Source: an uncultured Rhodovibrionaceae bacterium (lineage in GTDB: Bacteria; Pseudomonadota; Alphaproteobacteria; Kiloniellales; Rhodovibrionaceae). Taken from it: 64,000 nt of DNA. Shown here piece after piece: positions 20,706 to 29,694 of the stretch. The first letter of the stretch is position 1, and each line of letters starts with the position of its first letter. The notes beneath the pieces were generated by a model that did no database searches, was not told the DNA's origin, and saw nothing but the letters and a program-made list of their open reading frames with translations. The stretch lies in NCBI GenBank assembly GCA_964561005.1, contig CAZLNO010000002.1, forward strand, positions 12,073 to 76,072, written 5' to 3'. A program made the position numbers and the translations under genes.

Positions 20706-21488
20706 ATGTCACGCGAGCAGTCCGAGGCGGGCGCCACCGTCGATTCGCGCGAGATCGGCAAGTTCGCCGCGATGGCGGAGCGCTGGTGGGACCCCGAGGG
20801 CGAGATGAAGCCGCTGCACGCCCTCAACCCCACGCGCATCGCCTATCTGCGCGAGCGCCTGACGGCGCACTTCGGGCGGGATGCCCGGACGACCATGACG
20901 CCGCTCGAAGACCTGCGCATCCTGGACGCGGGCTGCGGCGGCGGCCTGCTGACGGAGCCGCTGGCCCGCCTGGGCGCGCAGGTGACCGGCCTGGACGCCG
21001 GCGCCGAGACGATCAAGGCCGCCCAGGCCCACGCCGAGCGCCAGGGCCTGGCGCTCGACTACCGTTGCACCACGGTCGAGGCCCTGGCCGAAACCGAGCC
21101 GCCCTTTGATGCCGTGCTGGCGATGGAGGTGGTGGAGCATGTCGCCGACCTGCGCGGCTTCCTGGGGGCCTGCGGCCGACTGGTGCGGCCCGGCGGGGTC
21201 TGCGTGGTGGCCACCATTAACCGCACCGCCAAGTCGCTGCTGCTGGCCAAGGTCGGCGCGGAGTACGTGCTGGGCTGGCTGCCGCGCGGCACGCACGACT
21301 GGCGCCGCTTCGTCCGCCCCTCGGAGGTCGCCGCCGAGCTGCGCCCCGAAGGCCTGCGGGTGCGCGAGGTGATCGGAGTCGCTTACGATCCGCTGCGCGC
21401 CCGCTGGACGCTCTCGCGCGACGTCGACGTGAACTATATGCTGCTGGCGGAGAAGAGGCCGAGTCATCACGACGGATCGCCCGGCTAG
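20706..21488 (+). CDS. ubiG: Bifunctional 3-demethylubiquinol 3-O-methyltransferase / 2-polyprenyl-6-hydroxyphenol methylase
   Basis: ATG at 20706 follows GGAGGTCGGGGAGG. N-terminus EIGKFAAMAERWWDPEGEMKPLHALNP and SAM motif ILDAGCGGGLL are typical of UbiG. Confidence 0.9.
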   Translation: MSREQSEAGATVDSREIGKFAAMAERWWDPEGEMKPLHALNPTRIAYLRERLTAHFGRDARTTMTPLEDLRILDAGCGGGLLTEPLARLGAQVTGLDAGAETIKAAQAHAERQGLALDYRCTTVEALAETEPPFDAVLAMEVVEHVADLRGFLGACGRLVRPGGVCVVATINRTAKSLLLAKVGAEYVLGWLPRGTHDWRRFVRPSEVAAELRPEGLRVREVIGVAYDPLRARWTLSRDVDVNYMLLAEKRPSHHDGSPG

Positions 21489-21526
21489 ACTCGGTCGGGG
21501 CGCATGACGATCGAGGCCTTGGGTCG

Positions 21527-22123
21527 ATGCCGCACACGCTCGAACGCGAACTTCAAACCCTTGTCGGCCTCTGGCGGGAGATTCGGGCGCCGGAGCTGCG
21601 GGTGCCGGAGCGCGCCGCCTTCGATCCGATGCGCCTGCGTGGATTGCTCCCCCATGTCCATCTCCTGGAGTTCCACGGCCCCGAGCACCTGATCTATCGC
21701 CTTTCGGGCACCGCCGAGGTGCAGCGCCTGGGCGAGGACCCGAAGGGCAAGGACTACTTCGCGCTGGTCGACGCGCCGGCGGCGGCCTACCTCCGGGCGC
21801 GATTTCACGAACTGCTGTTCCACCCCGCCGGCGTGCTGGTCACCACGCTGGAGACCTACGCCGACGGCACCCACACGCCGACGCGCTTCATCGCCCTGCC
21901 GCTGCGAAACTATTCGGAAAGGCGGGATTTCGTCATTTCCCTGGTCGCCGTGTCCGGCCAGCGGGACTTCGGGCGGCATCCTCTCCTGGAGCCGGCCCAG
22001 CGCGCCTGGAGCGACCACATCTGCACCGTGGAGACCTGGGATCTCGGCTTCGGCCGTCCCGACATCCCGCCCTATCGCCGGCACGAGGACGCGGCGGCAT
22101 CCGGCCCCGGTCCCGAGGCATGA
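21527..22123 (+). CDS. PAS_5 (PF07310-like) domain protein
   Basis: The pattern LxxLWxxxR...P.RxxFDP...L....HLLE......YRLSGT resembles the small alphaproteobacterial PAS_5 family. A paralogue lies at 50320..50841. Confidence 0.6.
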   Translation: MPHTLERELQTLVGLWREIRAPELRVPERAAFDPMRLRGLLPHVHLLEFHGPEHLIYRLSGTAEVQRLGEDPKGKDYFALVDAPAAAYLRARFHELLFHPAGVLVTTLETYADGTHTPTRFIALPLRNYSERRDFVISLVAVSGQRDFGRHPLLEPAQRAWSDHICTVETWDLGFGRPDIPPYRRHEDAAASGPGPEA

Positions 22124-22150
22124 GCGGGGTTCCGCCCCCCCGACGACGCC

Positions 22151-23968
22151 TCAGCGTCCGGGCGGCCGCGCCTCCCGGTGGCCCGTCGGTCGGGCGGCCT
22201 CGGCGAAGATGGAGCGGCCGTCGGGCGTGAGCTGGTCGCGCCGGGCGAGGTCCCCGGCGATCCACCGCATGAGGCCGTCGTAGACCTTTTCCTGCTGGCT
22301 GTGCCAGACCAGCTCCAGCGCCTTGCGGCCCAGCCAGGAGCTGGCGATCTGGCGGATCGCGGCTTTCGAGACCGCCAGACCGCGCGTGCGGATGCCGGCA
22401 TCGAGGCGCTGGAGGTCGTCGGCGCCAAGTTGCGGCCACGCTGCGGGCGGCGGGACGTCCGTGGTCGCCGGTTCGCCCATCAGCGGCAGGATGCGCAGGT
22501 AGCTCGTCCCGTCGGAGTCGGTGATGCGCTGCCCCTTGCGCGCGGCTTCCCAGGCGTAGCCCGTCTTGACGATCGGATTCGGGTTGTCGGCGCCGTCGAT
22601 CCTTTCCGGCAGGGCGAAGTGCTCGCGCAGGAACCGCTGGCAGTTGCGCCGGCCAAGCTGGAAGTCGTGCGCGCGGAAACGCTCGTCGAGGAAGCCGCCG
22701 AAGTGACCTAGCCCGCCGCTGGCGAGCGGGAAGCCCTGCAGCTCTCCCTCGACCCGTCGAGTCGGCGCGATCATCCAGCGGCTGTAGATGTCCTCCCGGT
22801 CGGCCAGCACCAGTTCGTCCGGCTTGAACAGCGCCTGCTGCTTCAGCGCGCCGAACAGCCGCGCCACCACGCTGGGCAGCGCCGGATCGACCTCGTAGGG
22901 GTCGTGCCAGGCGGCGACGTTGGGGAAGGGATCGATCAGAATGACCCCGCGGTTGGCCTTCGCCGGCGAGCGGGCATTGCGCTCCGCCCCGGCCGGCGCC
23001 GGCTCGCCGCCGTCGCGCAGGCCGGCGAGGACCCGGCGGGCGTACTCCAGGGGCTCGTTGTTCATCACGCCGCCGTCGACGCAGAGGAAGCGGTAGACGT
23101 AATCGTCGCCCACCTCGGCGGCGTTGCTGGGCGGAATCGCGCGGTAGCCGTTGCAGCGGCCGTCCGGGTTCTCCGGATCGTCCGGCGCCAGCGGAATGCG
23201 CCATTGCCACTTGCCATAGTCGCCGTAGGGACGCTGGAGCTCGCGCGGGCTCAGCCCCACCGGAAAGGCGCCGGTCGCCAGCGCGGCGTCGCGCAGCAGG
23301 CGCCAGTTGGCCGTCCGGTAGTCGCCCGGATCGAGGGCCCGGATGCCCGCCTTCTCCGCCGCCTCGCGCCGGCCGGCGTCGTGGCTGACGGCGAAGTGCA
23401 TGACGTCCTCGTGCGCCAGCATGCCGTGCCCGTGCCGCGACGCGCCGGCCAGGGACAGGCTGTAGGGCACGCCGCGCAGATTGGCGACGCCGAGAATCAG
23501 GTCCAGCCGGTCGGCCACGTAGGGACGCTTGCGGCCGGTCGGCGCGACCTCGATGGCGCGCGCGGCGATGGCGTCCAGCGGCGTGCTGTCGAGCAGCGAG
23601 ACCACCCTGGAATCGCGCTCCGCCAGGTCCCGCGTGCCCAGCAGCGCCGCGATGTCGATGGCCTTGACCCAGGGCTGGAACAGCGGGTTGCTCGCCGCGT
23701 CCGGGTCCGCCGGGTCGCGCACGGGCTGGAAGCTGCCGCCCAGCGCCGCCGCCAGGATGCCCGAGGTCATGCCGCCGGCCGAGGCGCCGGCCAGCACGCG
23801 CAGGGTCACGTCGTGCGTCGGACAGTCCGGATCGCCCCGGTCCTTGGCGGCGGCGAAGGCCTCCAGCGCCTCGATCAGGAAGTCGACCACCCCGGCGGTG
23901 TAGGCGCCGGCCGACACGGCCCCGGCCATCACCAGGCCGAGTTCATACTTTGGTGCGCTTTCGGCCAT
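22151..23968 (-). CDS. Patatin-like phospholipase domain protein with a long C-terminal extension
   Basis: Inside ORF 22151..24331, ATG at 23968. Gly-rich oxyanion region LVMAGAVSAGAYTAG, nucleophile elbow GASAG (GxSxG) and catalytic Asp in VDGG. Confidence 0.8.
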   Translation of the reverse strand: MAESAPKYELGLVMAGAVSAGAYTAGVVDFLIEALEAFAAAKDRGDPDCPTHDVTLRVLAGASAGGMTSGILAAALGGSFQPVRDPADPDAASNPLFQPWVKAIDIAALLGTRDLAERDSRVVSLLDSTPLDAIAARAIEVAPTGRKRPYVADRLDLILGVANLRGVPYSLSLAGASRHGHGMLAHEDVMHFAVSHDAGRREAAEKAGIRALDPGDYRTANWRLLRDAALATGAFPVGLSPRELQRPYGDYGKWQWRIPLAPDDPENPDGRCNGYRAIPPSNAAEVGDDYVYRFLCVDGGVMNNEPLEYARRVLAGLRDGGEPAPAGAERNARSPAKANRGVILIDPFPNVAAWHDPYEVDPALPSVVARLFGALKQQALFKPDELVLADREDIYSRWMIAPTRRVEGELQGFPLASGGLGHFGGFLDERFRAHDFQLGRRNCQRFLREHFALPERIDGADNPNPIVKTGYAWEAARKGQRITDSDGTSYLRILPLMGEPATTDVPPPAAWPQLGADDLQRLDAGIRTRGLAVSKAAIRQIASSWLGRKALELVWHSQQEKVYDGLMRWIAGDLARRDQLTPDGRSIFAEAARPTGHREARPPGR

Positions 23969-24062
23969 GATCCCCCCGAACGAACATGGCATAAAGGCCA
24001 CGTCCTCAAGTCTGCCGCATTCGGGGTTCGTTAACCATGATGTCCGTGTGCAGGACCCGCTC

Positions 24063-24593
24063 ATGACCCGTGAGGCGCCGTCGCCCTGGGTGGAACGTTT
24101 CGCCCCGTGGATACCGGCGGGCGGGGCGGTGCTCGACCTGGCCTGCGGGTCGGGACGCCACACCGCCTTCCTGCTGGCGCGCGGGCACCCGGTGGCGGCG
24201 GTGGACCGCGACCTCTCGGGTCTGGCCGAGCTGCAAGACGACCCGCGGCTGGAGGCGGTCCTGGCGGACCTGGAGGACGGCCGGCCCTTCCCCCTGGCGG
24301 GGCGGCGCTTCGCGGGCGTGGTGGTGACCAACTACCTGTATCGCCCGGTCCTGCCCGACATCGTGGATGCGGTCGCGCCCGGCGGCGTGCTGATCTACGA
24401 GACCTTCTCGGTGGACAACGCCGCCTTCGGCAAGCCCCGCAACCCGGCCTTCCTGCTGCGCCCCGGCGAGCTGCTGGAGGCCGTGCGCGGCCGGCTGCGG
24501 GTGCGGGCCTACGAGGACATCACCGTGACCGAGCCGCGTCCGGCCGCCGTCCAGCGCATCTGCGCCGAGCGCGAGGCGGACTCAGGCGGGTGA
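24063..24593 (+). CDS. Class I SAM-dependent methyltransferase
   Basis: Inside ORF 23967..24593, ATG at 24063. SAM-binding motif VLDLACGSGRH followed by an acidic residue at the end of beta-2 (AVDRD). Confidence 0.7.
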   Translation: MTREAPSPWVERFAPWIPAGGAVLDLACGSGRHTAFLLARGHPVAAVDRDLSGLAELQDDPRLEAVLADLEDGRPFPLAGRRFAGVVVTNYLYRPVLPDIVDAVAPGGVLIYETFSVDNAAFGKPRNPAFLLRPGELLEAVRGRLRVRAYEDITVTEPRPAAVQRICAEREADSGG

Positions 24594-25433
24594 CGCCGCC
24601 GCCGGCTGTTCCGGCGCGGCGAAGGCGCGGTCGTGCCGCAGCGACGGGACCCACCCTCGCGCCTGCACCACCTTGTCGAGGTCGATCTCCGCCGTCACCA
24701 CGCCCGGAGTCTCCCCGGCGTCGGCCAGCACCTCGCCCCAGGGCGCGACGATCAGGGAGTGGCCGTAGGTCTTTCGCCCCTCGGCGTGCGTCCCGCACTG
24801 CGCGGGCGCGAGGACGAAGCAGCCGGTCTCGATGGCGCGGGCGCGCAGCAGCACGTGCCAGTGCGCCTGCCCGGTGAACTGCGTGAAGGCCGCGGGCACC
24901 GTCAGCATCCGTGCACCGGCCTGCGCCAGGGCCCGATAGAGCGCGGGGAAGCGCAGGTCGTAGCAGATCGTCAACCCTGCCCGGCCCCAGGGCAGCTCGG
25001 CCAGCACGGCGCGCTCGCCGGGGCGGAAGGTCGCCGACTCGCGGTAGGTCTGGCCGTCCGGCACGTTGACGTCGAACATGTGGATCTTGTCGTAGCGCGC
25101 CTTGACCTGCCCGTCCGGACCGAAGAGGAAGGAGCGGTTGGCCAGGCGCTCGCCGCCCTCGACCCGCACCGCCGTCGAGCCCAGCAGCAGCCAGATGCCC
25201 AGGTCCCGCGCCAGTTCCGCGAACACCGGAAGCGCCGGGTGGTCCGCCTCCTCGGGCACCTTGGCGCGCAGGGCGGCGTGGTCCGGCTCCAGGATCGCGG
25301 TGTTCTCCGGCGTCACGACGAAGCGCGCGCCCTGCCCCCGCGCCGCGCGGATCAGTTCGGCCGCCGTCTCCAGGTTCGGCGCGAAATCCCGCTGCGAGGT
25401 GAGCTGGACCAGGCCGGCCGTGAAGGTCGTCAT
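24582..25433 (-). CDS. Carbon-nitrogen hydrolase (nitrilase superfamily) protein
   Basis: Inside ORF 24582..25655, ATG at 25433. The Glu-Lys-Cys triad context is present: [14 protein letters not shown], and [10 protein letters not shown] with the catalytic Cys. Confidence 0.85.
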   Translation of the reverse strand: MTTFTAGLVQLTSQRDFAPNLETAAELIRAARGQGARFVVTPENTAILEPDHAALRAKVPEEADHPALPVFAELARDLGIWLLLGSTAVRVEGGERLANRSFLFGPDGQVKARYDKIHMFDVNVPDGQTYRESATFRPGERAVLAELPWGRAGLTICYDLRFPALYRALAQAGARMLTVPAAFTQFTGQAHWHVLLRARAIETGCFVLAPAQCGTHAEGRKTYGHSLIVAPWGEVLADAGETPGVVTAEIDLDKVVQARGWVPSLRHDRAFAAPEQPAAASPA

Positions 25434-25696
25434 GTCGCCGCTTCCTTCAGCATCGCGTCGAGCCGCCCCTCGCGCTCCAGGGCATAGAGCTCGTCGCAGC
25501 CGCCGACGTGGTGGCCGTTGATGAAAATCTGCGGCACGGTGCGCTTGCCGTTGGCCCGCTCGATCATCTCCTTCTTGCGGCCGGGGTGGGTCAGCACGTC
25601 GATCTCCTCCCACTCGACCCCCTTCTGCTTGAGAAGCTGCTTGGCGCGGTAGCAAAAGCCGCAGAGGAAGCTGGAGTACATCGTCACCTGGGCCAT
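25430..25696 (-). CDS. grxC: Glutaredoxin 3-type protein with CGFC active site
   Basis: ATG at 25696 gives MAQVTMYSSFLCGFCYRAKQLL...TVPQIFINGHHVGGCDEL, with the Grx fold motifs TVPQIF and GGCDD/E. The start overlaps the upstream gene stop by 4 nt. Confidence 0.9.
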   Translation of the reverse strand: MAQVTMYSSFLCGFCYRAKQLLKQKGVEWEEIDVLTHPGRKKEMIERANGKRTVPQIFINGHHVGGCDELYALEREGRLDAMLKEAAT

Positions 25697-25769
25697 TCCG
25701 AACTCCTTGTCGTGGTGTCTTGCAGGGCTCGCCTTTCCAATCGCCATATGGGAAGCCGACGGCGCGGTT

Positions 25770-26534
25770 TCATCTGTCCGCCCCGGCCCTCGGGCGCACC
25801 ACCCGCGCCAGGGTCAGCGCGTCCACCCCGGCCGCGCCGGCGCGCCGCAGCACGCGCGCGCAGCCCTCCAGCGTCGCGCCCGTGGTCAGCACGTCGTCGA
25901 CCAGCAGCACGCGCCGGCCCTCGATCCGCCTCGCCCGGCGCGGCGGCACGGCAAAGGCGCCGGCGACGTTGCGCCGCCGGGCGGCCGAGGTCTTGTTGCC
26001 TTGCGAGGGCGTGTTGCGGCGGCGGACCAGCACGTCGGGCGCGACCGGCGTGCCGCTGTGCCGGCCCAGCGCGTTGGCCAGCAGCGCCGCCTGGTTGTAG
26101 CGCCGGCGCAGCAGCCGCCAGCGGTGCAGCGGCACCGGCACGATGACCTCGGCCTCGGCCAGGAGGTCGGGCGCCGCGCGCGCCATCCAGGCGGCGAAGG
26201 CCGGCGCGGCCTCGGTGCGGTCGGCGTGCTTGAACGCCAGGAGCAGGTCGCGGCTGCCGGCATCGTAGGCCATGACCGAGCGGCCCCGGTCGTAGGCCGG
26301 CGGCCGGGCGTGGCAGGCGCCGCAGAGCGATTCGGGGCCTGGGTCCAGCTCGAAGGGAAAGCCGCACTGACGGCACAGCGGCGGCGCCAGGAAGTCCACC
26401 TGCTCCCAGCAGGCCGCGCAGAGCGTCCCCGGCCGGTCCACGCTCGCCCCGCAGCCCAGACACCGCGGCGGCAGCACGGCGTTGAGGAGGAAGGTGGTGA
26501 GCGCTGTTGGCTTTATCGGGTTTCCTGCCGCCAC
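25770..26534 (-). CDS. ComF family protein (phosphoribosyltransferase-like)
   Basis: N-terminal Cys pairs (PPRCLGCG...LCAACW...CRQCG) and a C-terminal PRTase motif VLLVDDVLTTGAT. Confidence 0.8.
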   Translation of the reverse strand: MAAGNPIKPTALTTFLLNAVLPPRCLGCGASVDRPGTLCAACWEQVDFLAPPLCRQCGFPFELDPGPESLCGACHARPPAYDRGRSVMAYDAGSRDLLLAFKHADRTEAAPAFAAWMARAAPDLLAEAEVIVPVPLHRWRLLRRRYNQAALLANALGRHSGTPVAPDVLVRRRNTPSQGNKTSAARRRNVAGAFAVPPRRARRIEGRRVLLVDDVLTTGATLEGCARVLRRAGAAGVDALTLARVVRPRAGADR

Positions 26535-26691
26535 GGCCCGAAGCGCCCCTGAATTCGTGTCAACCGCGGTTGCGGGATGCGGCCCCTGTCCGCGGCCCGA
26601 ACATCCTGCAGGCGGCGGGAGGGCGAAAACGTTCGGGGCGCGGACGGGAGCCCGCGTCCCGCGATAAGAAAGGCCCTGAGCGAGGCACCGC

Positions 26692-26719
26692 CCAGGGCCG
26701 TCTCTCCAGGGCCGTCTCT
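26692..26719. repeat. Perfect tandem direct repeat, 2 x 14 bp (CCAGGGCCGTCTCT)
   Basis: Read directly from the sequence. It lies in the divergent comF / methyltransferase intergenic region. Confidence 0.9.
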
Positions 26720-26918
26720 ATAGTGGGCCTCATGGGATAATGGAGGAGGCCCGCTGGATCTGAACCTGCGTATACGCATGACGCGAATTTCTGTCAAGCG
26801 CTTCCCGCAGGTGCAACAGCCCTGCCGCGAGACGATAGTCGTTCATGCACGCGAAAGCAGGCTGGTCCGGGAAATCCCGCCATTGCCGCGCCCCCCGCCC
26901 ATCCCATATAGCCAGGCC

Positions 26919-27899
26919 ATGACCGACACCGCCGACACCCAGGCCGTCTTCGACCGCGCTGCCGTCCGGCGGCACCGCGAGCGCGTGGCCGCCACGCTGG
27001 CCGACTACGACTTCCTGTTGCGCGAGGTGGCCGAGCGGCTGGCCGACCGGCTGGACGACGTGAAGCGGAGCTTTCCGCTGGCGCTGGACCTGGGTTGCCA
27101 CGACGGCACGCTGGCGACGACGCTCGCCGGGCGCGGCGGCATCGAGACGCTGGTGCAGGCCGACATCGCTGAAGACATGGCACGGCGCGCCCGCGATGCG
27201 GACGGCCCCCTCGCCCACCGCCCCACCCTGGTGGCGGACGAGGAGCTGCTGCCGTTCAGCGAGCGCAGCTTCGACCTCGTGCTCAGCCTGATGAGCCTGC
27301 ACTGGGTCAACGACCTGCCGGGGGCGTTGCTGCAGATCAACCACGCGCTGAAACCCGACGGGCTGTTCCTCGCCGCGCTGCCGGGCGGCGAGACGCTTTA
27401 CGAGCTGCGGCAGTCGCTGCTGATGGCGGAGAGCGAGCTGGAGGGCGGCGCCGGCCCGCGCGTCTCGCCCTTTGCCCAGATCCAGGACGCCGCCGGCCTG
27501 CTGCAGCGTGTCGGCTTCGCCCTGCCCGTCTGCGACGTGGACACGATCACCGTGCGCTATCCCAATGCCCTGAAGCTGATGGACGATCTGCGCGGCATGG
27601 GGGAGAGCAACGCCGTCCGCGCGCGGCGCAAGGGCTGGTCGCGGCGCGAGACGCTGCTGCACGCCGCCGAGATCTACCAGGAGACCTTCGGCGACGACGA
27701 GGGGGGCATCCCCGCGACCTTCCAGATCATCTTCCTGACCGCCTGGCGCCCCGACGCCAGCCAGCCCCAGCCGCTGCGTCCCGGCAGCGCGGAGGCCCGC
27801 CTCGCCGAGGCGCTGGGCACCGAGGAGGTTCGCACCGGCGTGAAGACGGCCCCGCCCCGGCCGAACGGCGGCCCGGACCCGAACCCCGGAGACAGTTAG
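26919..27899 (+). CDS. SAM-dependent methyltransferase (Methyltransf_11, BioC/NDUFAF5-like)
   Basis: Inside ORF 26778..27899, ATG at 26919. Motifs ALDLGCHDG and FDLVLSLMSLHWVNDLPGAL. The position divergent from comF-grxC is common in alphaproteobacteria. Confidence 0.75.
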   Translation: MTDTADTQAVFDRAAVRRHRERVAATLADYDFLLREVAERLADRLDDVKRSFPLALDLGCHDGTLATTLAGRGGIETLVQADIAEDMARRARDADGPLAHRPTLVADEELLPFSERSFDLVLSLMSLHWVNDLPGALLQINHALKPDGLFLAALPGGETLYELRQSLLMAESELEGGAGPRVSPFAQIQDAAGLLQRVGFALPVCDVDTITVRYPNALKLMDDLRGMGESNAVRARRKGWSRRETLLHAAEIYQETFGDDEGGIPATFQIIFLTAWRPDASQPQPLRPGSAEARLAEALGTEEVRTGVKTAPPRPNGGPDPNPGDS

Positions 27900-28216
27900 C
27901 GCTTCACGCCCGCGCGCCCCGCGTGGGCCGCGCCATCGCCCGGCCGGTCCGGCGCGCCCGGCTCCACGGTGCCGTGCCCGGCGGCGGCATGACCCTCCGG
28001 CGTCGCGGCCTCACGAAAATAGCTCAGGACATAGACACGCACGCTGGCGGTCAGCGTGTGCTCCCGGCAAGTCGTTGCAGCCCGCTCGCAGATCTTGCCG
28101 ATGCCCACGCCCTCGCGGGTGGCGATCTCGTCCAGGGCGTCCCAGACCGCCCGCTCCAGGCGAAGGCTGGTGCGGTGGCCGCGCACGACGACATTGCGGC
28201 TGACGAGGGAACTCAT
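27896..28216 (-). CDS. Ribbon-helix-helix (RHH_4-like) domain protein
   Basis: ATG at 28216. RNVVVRGHRTSLRLERAVWDALDEIATREGVGIGKICERA resembles PF13467-type RHH proteins. Confidence 0.6.
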   Translation of the reverse strand: MSSLVSRNVVVRGHRTSLRLERAVWDALDEIATREGVGIGKICERAATTCREHTLTASVRVYVLSYFREAATPEGHAAAGHGTVEPGAPDRPGDGAAHAGRAGVKR

Positions 28217-28557
28217 GGCCGCACCTCCCAAGGGGGTTGCTGCGCAGCCGCCACGAACCGCGGCGCCCGCCGGCGCGTGCGCCTGCCGTCGTATGCGCTC
28301 CAGCCTGGCGCCGAAACCCCTACCCTCGCCCGTATCCGGGATTTCCGAGCCTCATCTGCCGAACCCAAGACGCTCCCTCTCATAACATCGTATGAGTTGC
28401 GCTTAACTGTATAAAGCAACCAGGGATGGTGGCGCAACCCTCGACCGGCACGCCTTGGGTCTTGGCCGGGCAAAGGCCACATAAAGGCCTCATCAGGATG
28501 GGGATGAAACCTGAGCGCGGCGGTGCTATATTGCCGCCGGAAAGATGGGGAGGAGCG

Positions 28558-29556
28558 ATGAGCGAGCTGGTGGACCCCTTCGGGCGTGCGATCACCTATC
28601 TGCGGGTCTCGGTGACCGACCGCTGCGATTTCCGCTGTGTGTACTGCATGGCCGAGGACATGACCTTCCTGCCCAAGAAGGAGGTCTTGAGCCTGGAGGA
28701 GCTGGACCGGCTGTGCAGCGCCTTCGTCGACCTGGGCGTGCGCAAGCTGCGGCTGACCGGCGGCGAGCCGCTGGTGCGGCGGAACATCATGTGGCTGATC
28801 GAGCGTCTGAGCCGCCACCTGGGTTGCGGCGCGCTGGACGAGCTGACGCTGACCACGAACGCCAGCCAGCTTGCCAAGTACGCACAGCCGCTCGTGGATC
28901 TCGGCGTGCGGCGGGTCAACGTCTCCCTGGACACCCTCGACCCCGAGAAGTTCAAGGCGATCACCCGCTGGGGCCGCTACGACAAGGTGATGGCGGGCCT
29001 CGAAGCCGCGAAGCGGGCCGGCCTGGGCGTCAAGATCAACGCCGTGGCGCTGAAGGGCGTGAACGACGACGAGTTCGAGCGCATGATCGACTGGGCGCAC
29101 GGCGAAGGCTGGGACATCACCTTCATCGAGGTGATGCCGATGGGCGACGTCGGCGAGACCCGCCTGGAGCAGTACCTGCCCCTGTCGATGCTGCGCGGGC
29201 AGCTTCAGCAGCGCTACACCCTGGTGGACCTGCCCGACGACACCGGCGGACCGGCGCGCTATGTCCGGGCGGAGGAGACCGGCGGGCGGATCGGCTTCAT
29301 CACGCCGCTCACCCACAATTTCTGCGAAAGCTGCAACCGGGTGCGCCTGACCTGCACCGGCACGCTGTTCATGTGCCTGGGCCAGGAGGATTCGGCGGAT
29401 TTGCGCACGCCGCTGCGGGCCAGCGACGACGACACGATGTTGCACGAGGCCATCCGCGAGGCGATCACGCGCAAGCCCAAGGGCCACGACTTCGTCATCG
29501 ACCGCCGCCGCAACCGGGCCTCCGTCCCCCGCCACATGAGCGTCACCGGCGGCTGA
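28558..29556 (+). CDS. moaA: GTP 3',8-cyclase (molybdenum cofactor biosynthesis protein A)
   Basis: ATG at 28558 follows GGGGAGGAG. Radical-SAM motif CDFRCVYCM and C-terminal cluster motif [13 protein letters not shown]. Confidence 0.95.
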   Translation: MSELVDPFGRAITYLRVSVTDRCDFRCVYCMAEDMTFLPKKEVLSLEELDRLCSAFVDLGVRKLRLTGGEPLVRRNIMWLIERLSRHLGCGALDELTLTTNASQLAKYAQPLVDLGVRRVNVSLDTLDPEKFKAITRWGRYDKVMAGLEAAKRAGLGVKINAVALKGVNDDEFERMIDWAHGEGWDITFIEVMPMGDVGETRLEQYLPLSMLRGQLQQRYTLVDLPDDTGGPARYVRAEETGGRIGFITPLTHNFCESCNRVRLTCTGTLFMCLGQEDSADLRTPLRASDDDTMLHEAIREAITRKPKGHDFVIDRRRNRASVPRHMSVTGG

Positions 29557-29694
29557 CCGCCGCGACCCGCCTCCGCCGTCGCGGCGTCGCCGGTCGCGGT
29601 GCGCGCTTGACCGCGTCCGGTTGCCGGAAGCGCTCAAGGCGTTTACCATCCGCGCCGATTTTGCAACGCACAATAAAACGACGGGGAGGCAGGG

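Noticed and set aside
21485-22084. 199-aa ORF antisense to the first PAS_5 gene
   Set aside because: It has no SD sequence and a biased Arg/Gly composition. The sense frame carries the family pattern shared with the paralogue at 50320..50841.
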